Source of the DNA: an uncultured Candidatus Saccharibacteria bacterium
GTDB taxonomy: Bacteria; Patescibacteriota; Saccharimonadia; Saccharimonadales; JAGQNJ01
Assembly (NCBI GenBank): GCA_965231045.1
Contig: OZ246406.1
Span: 642,208-706,207 of the forward strand
Direction of reading: 5' to 3'
DNA length: 64,000 nt
Below the pieces are notes generated by a model. The model did no database searches, was not told the DNA's origin, and saw nothing but the letters and a program-made list of their open reading frames with translations. Position 1 is the first letter of the stretch. Each line of letters starts with the position of its first letter. A program made the translations under genes and the position numbers. Positions 59,710 through 64,000 of this stretch are shown here, one piece after another.

Positions 59710-60897
59710 CTATTTAATGCCAATTTTAGTATTTTTTGACTCTTCTTTAACTTCTGTTTTTGGCTCAGGGGCATTTTCTGCAGTTTTATCAGCCGGTTTT
59801 TTGTCATCTAGATCTTTGTCGTCTGGAACCATATTTTCTTTCTCGATTGCGGTTGGTCTAGCTGTTTTCTTTGTTACCTTTTTCAACACAATATATGCCA
59901 CGATCGCTGCCACGCCAGATACCAGATAGATAAGTGTGAATGTTCGGTTTATAGAAATTACTTGTTTAGCAACAATATCAGCCGCCTTACTACCTGCAGC
60001 TGATAGTGACTCGCCTGCTGCCGGTGTCGGCAAGAATGTTTTTATCAGCAAGCCCAAAACAACGGCTGTCCCTAGAGTGAATACACCAGAAAGTATCAAG
60101 TACACGCCTACTCTACGTGCTCCCAGAACCCTAGGGTCGCTTAAAAGAACAATACCTAATGTTGAGAGTACTGTAAGGATGACCAAGGCAGGAGTCCCCA
60201 CTTTAATCCAATGGTAGAGCTTGGCGTAGAACTTTAGTTTCTCAACATCGACTTTTGGCGTCTGTTGCTTAACAGTCTCGGTTGCATTAGTGGCTTGGGT
60301 TGGAGGGTTTTCTGGTTGGATCTGATCTGTCTGGGCCAAGGGTATTTCTTGTTGATCGGTGTTAAACGTATCAACGTTTTGAGTCACTTGAGTCTTGGCC
60401 TGAGCGATAATTTGCTGAACATCAGCTCCTTTTGGTATACAAGTCATCTGTGTCGGGTCAGTTATAGTAACAATCCTGGATGAACAAGGCGGAAGGCCGG
60501 TAACTTGTTTCTCAATATTTTGCCCAGCAATTTGAACAAAACTATCCTTGAGCGGTTTTGTACTTACAGATACGTCAAACTTTTGGCTAGGATCATCAAG
60601 CCATTTATAGATGCTGTCTATAGGCGGTTCGATTATCTTTTGCAGGGCTTCAGGCGTAACGGCTTGCTTTAGACTGGTAATAAGTATGACGTTGTTAGCT
60701 GTATCAGGGTTTTTTGTCGCTTGCTCGATGATTAAATTACTCAAGCCTTCATATATACCGGAATCTTTAAGCGTAGTTTTAACAAAAGTTGGTTTAATGA
60801 TTGTGGCATTCAAACTAATAAATGTTGGCAGCAACAATAAAAGTGGCATGTAGAGAAATAATGCCAAGCCAAGACCGAGCTTGCGCAAGAAGTGCAT
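59710..60897 (-). CDS. membrane protein, unknown function (N-terminal TM, large extracytoplasmic region, 4 C-terminal TM helices, charged tail)
   Basis: 395-aa long ORF with hydrophobic segments at aa 8-30 and about 225-340. It has a K/E/D-rich C-terminus. Confidence 0.6.
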   Translation of the reverse strand: MHFLRKLGLGLALFLYMPLLLLLPTFISLNATIIKPTFVKTTLKDSGIYEGLSNLIIEQATKNPDTANNVILITSLKQAVTPEALQKIIEPPIDSIYKWLDDPSQKFDVSVSTKPLKDSFVQIAGQNIEKQVTGLPPCSSRIVTITDPTQMTCIPKGADVQQIIAQAKTQVTQNVDTFNTDQQEIPLAQTDQIQPENPPTQATNATETVKQQTPKVDVEKLKFYAKLYHWIKVGTPALVILTVLSTLGIVLLSDPRVLGARRVGVYLILSGVFTLGTAVVLGLLIKTFLPTPAAGESLSAAGSKAADIVAKQVISINRTFTLIYLVSGVAAIVAYIVLKKVTKKTARPTAIEKENMVPDDKDLDDKKPADKTAENAPEPKTEVKEESKNTKIGIK

Positions 60898-60950
60898 ATG
60901 CTTATTGTACGCTAGATTTTTGCAAAAACACTACCTGCTACAATAATCGT

Positions 60951-61352
60951 ATGAGCGACTCGATTTTCACGAAGATTATCAAAGGTGATATTCCGTGCCA
61001 CAAGATATATGAAGATGACAAGACAATAGCTTTTCTAGATATTCATCCATCTCAACCTGGACATACACTGGTCATTCCAAAGTTACAGATTGACCATTTG
61101 TGGGATCTGCCAGATGAAGATTATCAAGCTCTAATGAAGACCCTAAAGAAGGTCGCATTACATTTGCGGGAGACGTTATCGGTAAAACGCGTGGGCGTAC
61201 ATGTGGTCGGCTTGGACGTGCCACATGCGCACATTCACCTAGTGCCATTTAATACAATGGAAGAGTACCGGCATGTTCCAGATATGAGTGCCGAACCAGA
61301 CCACAAAGCACTAGCAGAACTTGCACAAAAACTTGCAATAAAGGACAATTAG
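60951..61352 (+). CDS. HIT-family (histidine triad) nucleotide hydrolase
   Basis: The start was moved to ATG 60951 (MSDSIFTKIIKGDIPCHKIYEDD...). Histidine triad HAHIHLVP is present. The upstream part of the ORF-track frame overlaps the divergent gene. Confidence 0.9.
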   Translation: MSDSIFTKIIKGDIPCHKIYEDDKTIAFLDIHPSQPGHTLVIPKLQIDHLWDLPDEDYQALMKTLKKVALHLRETLSVKRVGVHVVGLDVPHAHIHLVPFNTMEEYRHVPDMSAEPDHKALAELAQKLAIKDN

Positions 61353-61356
61353 ACGG

Positions 61357-61527
61357 ATGGGTGCATTAGGAATTGCATTATTGTTAGGACTTGGTGGTGG
61401 CGCTTGGGTTTATAGTCGCTTTTATAGCCGAACTGGTGGCAACAGCAAGAGTTCGCTTATTACCGGCGCATTGTGTGGTGGCGCAATTGCTTTGGTATCA
61501 TTTATTATCTTGAGTTTCATTATCTAG
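61357..61527 (+). CDS. candidate small membrane protein (56 aa, two TM helices)
   Basis: Not in the ORF track. It reads MGALGIALLLGLGGGAWVYSRFYSRTGGNSKSSLITGALCGGAIALVSFIILSFII. It starts 5 nt after the HIT stop, with AAAGGA 11 nt upstream. Confidence 0.35.
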   Translation: MGALGIALLLGLGGGAWVYSRFYSRTGGNSKSSLITGALCGGAIALVSFIILSFII

Positions 61528-61583
61528 CCATTTAGTGCTAGTTTTCCCTTCCCTTTTTATAAAGTAATTAGTATTATAGTGCT

Positions 61584-62441
61584 ATGAGTAAGGTGGGGTT
61601 AGAGAAGGCCCTTGGAAAGCAATTGCAAGAAGCTCGGCAGGCTGCCGGCTTAACGCAACAAGAGATGTGTCACAAAGCTGGCCTGTCTTATTCCACATTA
61701 GCCAAAATTGAGCGAGGCGCAATTAAAGCGCCATCAATTTTTACGATTCAGAGTATTGCCGATGTTTTGGGCGTTTCGCTAGATGAAGTAGTTGGCCATA
61801 AAGTTGGTCAATCGGCATCAGTTGTTGAGACTAAAACCTCAAAAACTGGCATAAAATTTGCTTACTTTGATATCAACGGTTGTTTAGTTCGCTTTTTCCA
61901 CGGTGCCTTTAGTAACTTAGCTGAGGAGTCAGGTGCTCCAGCCGATCTGATTGAAAATATCTTCTGGCACTACAATGATGCTGTTTGTAAGGGCGAAATG
62001 ACCCTAGATGCGTTTAACAAAGCGTTTGCCAAGGGTCTTGGTGTGAAATCAGTGGATTGGCAAAAGCATTACTTTTCGGCGATTGAACCAATTAAAGAAA
62101 TGCAAGAACTTCTTGAGTGGGCGTCTGAGCATTACAAGATCGGTCTTATAAGTAACATTATGCCTGGTGCAATTGCTCATATGCTCGAAGCTCATATTAT
62201 TCCTGATTTACCATACGCTGCTGTTGTCGATTCATCAGAGGTAAATGCCATAAAACCCGAAAAACAGATTTATGAAATAGCTCAAGGTCTTGCTGGGGTT
62301 AAGCCAAAAGAAATTCTATTAGTTGACGATTCTCGGACGAACATAATGGCGGCCGAACGCATGGGCTGGCACGTACTATGGTTTGATGATTTTAGAATTG
62401 ATGAGAGCGTCAAGCGCGTTAAATCTGCTCTAGAGTTCTAA
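61584..62441 (+). CDS. fusion protein: N-terminal XRE-type HTH domain + C-terminal HAD-like hydrolase domain
   Basis: 285 aa. The HTH is LGKQLQEARQAAGLTQQEMCHKAGLSYSTLAKIERG. HAD motif I is FAYFDINGCLV (DxN rather than DxD), and motif IV is LLVDDSRTNIMAAERMG. Confidence 0.75.
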   Translation: MSKVGLEKALGKQLQEARQAAGLTQQEMCHKAGLSYSTLAKIERGAIKAPSIFTIQSIADVLGVSLDEVVGHKVGQSASVVETKTSKTGIKFAYFDINGCLVRFFHGAFSNLAEESGAPADLIENIFWHYNDAVCKGEMTLDAFNKAFAKGLGVKSVDWQKHYFSAIEPIKEMQELLEWASEHYKIGLISNIMPGAIAHMLEAHIIPDLPYAAVVDSSEVNAIKPEKQIYEIAQGLAGVKPKEILLVDDSRTNIMAAERMGWHVLWFDDFRIDESVKRVKSALEF

Positions 62442-62442
62442 C

Positions 62443-64000
62443 TTATTTTGTAGTTTTGGTGAAACGGTCTAGTTCCTGTTTCATTTTGGCAACTTTGTCT
62501 TGGATAGCCTTAAGCTGGTCTTTAGTTTGTTCGACAACTTGCTTTGGTGCTTTCTTCACATAGTCTTGATTCTCAAGCCGTTTTTGGAGGTTCTCGGCAG
62601 TTTTTTCCTCATTACTAATATTCTGAGCCAATTCTTTGGAAAACGCCTGTAAGCTGGCCAAATCAACGTCTAGCCAGGCCTCATGCTTAGTGCTAGTCAG
62701 ACGCAGGCCTTCACCGTCTTTAACACTCTTTACATCGCTAATTTTGGTCAGACGCTTTATCAGTTCAGCGTGTTCTTCTATGAAGCTTTCACCCTTATGA
62801 TACAAGGTCAGACTTTCGGACTTCAGAACACCGTGAATGTAGCGAATTTCGGTAATGATTTCTTTGATCTCATTAAAAGTTTCAGCCTTAGACTGGTTGG
62901 CATGTGGTGGTTTTGGCCAAGAACTAGTTATGAGTAGACTATCCTGTTCCCAAGCTAGTGTCTGCCAAATCGTTTCGGTTACAAAAGGTGCAAAGGGGTG
63001 AGTAAGCTTAAGAATTGTCTCGAGCCCATAGGCTAGAACGCTGGCATTCCCCTGCCCTTTTGAGGCTTCAATATACCAGTCAGCAAAATCATCCCACAGC
63101 AAATGATGAACACGGTCGTAAGCTTCGGCAAAACGATAGTTGTCTAAATCAAAGGATACTTGTTCCACTGTATGTTGTAATTTGCTCAACATCCATTCAT
63201 CAGCTGTTGTTTTGGCGGACGGGTTAGCACGCAAGTGGGCATCGTCACCAACTTTGTCTTCGATGAAGCGTGCAACGTTCCAAAGCTTGTTGGCAAAGTT
63301 ACGAGCACCTTGTACTTTGGCGGTGTCATAACCCCTGTTAATTGCAGGTGCACGATTGGCAATAATTCCCATGCGCAGAGCGTCAGAACCGTACTCGTCG
63401 ATGACCGGTAATGGATCAACTACATTGCCGACTGACTTGCTCATTTTAGAGCCGTCTTCAGCCATAACGTAGCCATGAATGTAGACAGCCTCGAATGGAA
63501 CATCGCCAGTTATATACAATCCAAGCATGATCATTCTTGAAACCCACGGTTGCAAAATTTCACCACCAGTTTCCATAAGACTTAGTGGATAAAATTGCTT
63601 GAAGTCCTCCCCTTCTGGAAAAGCCAGCGTGCTATATGGCCAGCTTGAACTTGAGAACCAAGTATCGAAAACATCAGGATCGCGCTTGTATTCTTTGCCA
63701 TTGACCGTGATTAGTTCTTCGTTAACGCGTTCGTCATAAATCCAATCATCACTATCCTCAACATTTTGGAAGGCGGGAATCGGAATACCCCAGGCAATTT
63801 GCCGGCTAATGTTCCAATCTTTCAAACCTTCTAGGTAGCGTACTAACTGATCTCGTTTGGCTTCGGGATAGAATTTAATCTTATTGGCTTTAAGTGCCTC
63901 GATTGCAGCTTTAGCCAGAGGTTCCATATCGATAAACCATTGATCCCTTAGGAGTGGCTCAATAACTGTGCCGCACTTATAACAGTGGCCAACATTGTGG
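62443..64000 (-). CDS. valS: valine--tRNA ligase, C-terminal part (5' end beyond window edge)
   Basis: The frame stays open upstream of the track's Met to nt 64000 (...GHCYKCGTVIEPLLRDQWFIDMEPLAK...). It has the KMSKS loop SKMSKSVGN, an anticodon-binding domain and a C-terminal coiled coil typical of ValRS. Confidence 0.9.
   Translation of the reverse strand, partial: HNVGHCYKCGTVIEPLLRDQWFIDMEPLAKAAIEALKANKIKFYPEAKRDQLVRYLEGLKDWNISRQIAWGIPIPAFQNVEDSDDWIYDERVNEELITVNGKEYKRDPDVFDTWFSSSSWPYSTLAFPEGEDFKQFYPLSLMETGGEILQPWVSRMIMLGLYITGDVPFEAVYIHGYVMAEDGSKMSKSVGNVVDPLPVIDEYGSDALRMGIIANRAPAINRGYDTAKVQGARNFANKLWNVARFIEDKVGDDAHLRANPSAKTTADEWMLSKLQHTVEQVSFDLDNYRFAEAYDRVHHLLWDDFADWYIEASKGQGNASVLAYGLETILKLTHPFAPFVTETIWQTLAWEQDSLLITSSWPKPPHANQSKAETFNEIKEIITEIRYIHGVLKSESLTLYHKGESFIEEHAELIKRLTKISDVKSVKDGEGLRLTSTKHEAWLDVDLASLQAFSKELAQNISNEEKTAENLQKRLENQDYVKKAPKQVVEQTKDQLKAIQDKVAKMKQELDRFTKTTK

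Overview
This is a 64-kb chromosomal window with moderate-to-low GC that uses the standard bacterial code, since TGA acts as a stop and appears in ATGA and TAATG gene overlaps. Gene content and order suggest a reduced, Gram-positive-like CPR/Patescibacteria genome, possibly Saccharibacteria-like; this taxon call is inference only. All function calls come from motif recognition in the supplied translations, with no searches run.

The window falls into four blocks.

(1) 1-26.2 kb is a cell-envelope glycan locus. It holds rfbB(partial)-rfbC-rfbD-rfbA for dTDP-rhamnose, a GtrA/GT2/GT-C three-component glycosylation set, a nucleotide-sugar dehydrogenase and epimerase, and a SAM methyltransferase. 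It also holds a Wzm/Wzt-type ABC exporter, several GT1/GT2 glycosyltransferases and an O-antigen-ligase-like protein. Interspersed are secreted enzymes: a CHAP hydrolase with tandem repeats, an S8 subtilase and an FG-GAP-like repeat protein.

(2) 26.2-32.2 kb is the replication-origin core, jag-yidC-rnpA-rpmH | dnaA-dnaN-recF, with DnaA-box-like 9-mers on both sides of dnaA.

(3) 32.2-54.6 kb is the most interesting part: a Gram-positive-type type IV secretion-like locus directly next to recF. A ~17.7-kb minus-strand operon encodes a VirB6/TrbL-like giant, a PrgI/VirB3-like protein, VirB4, several bitopic unknowns, a 1130-aa M23 peptidase protein and a 1010-aa four-domain cell-wall hydrolase. 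A divergent plus-strand operon encodes six paralogous VirB2/TrbC-like pilins. Two of these carry Cys-rich head domains, and each of those two is preceded by a small bitopic paralog. No relaxase, VirD4-type coupling protein, integrase or att flanks are visible in the window.

(4) 54.7-64 kb is housekeeping: hsp20, comF, three tRNA-Ser and one tRNA-Arg(GCG), duplicated tRNA 3' fragments, a polysaccharide deacetylase, a HIT protein, an HTH-HAD fusion and a partial valS.

No rRNA, CRISPR array, transposase or integrase was recognised.
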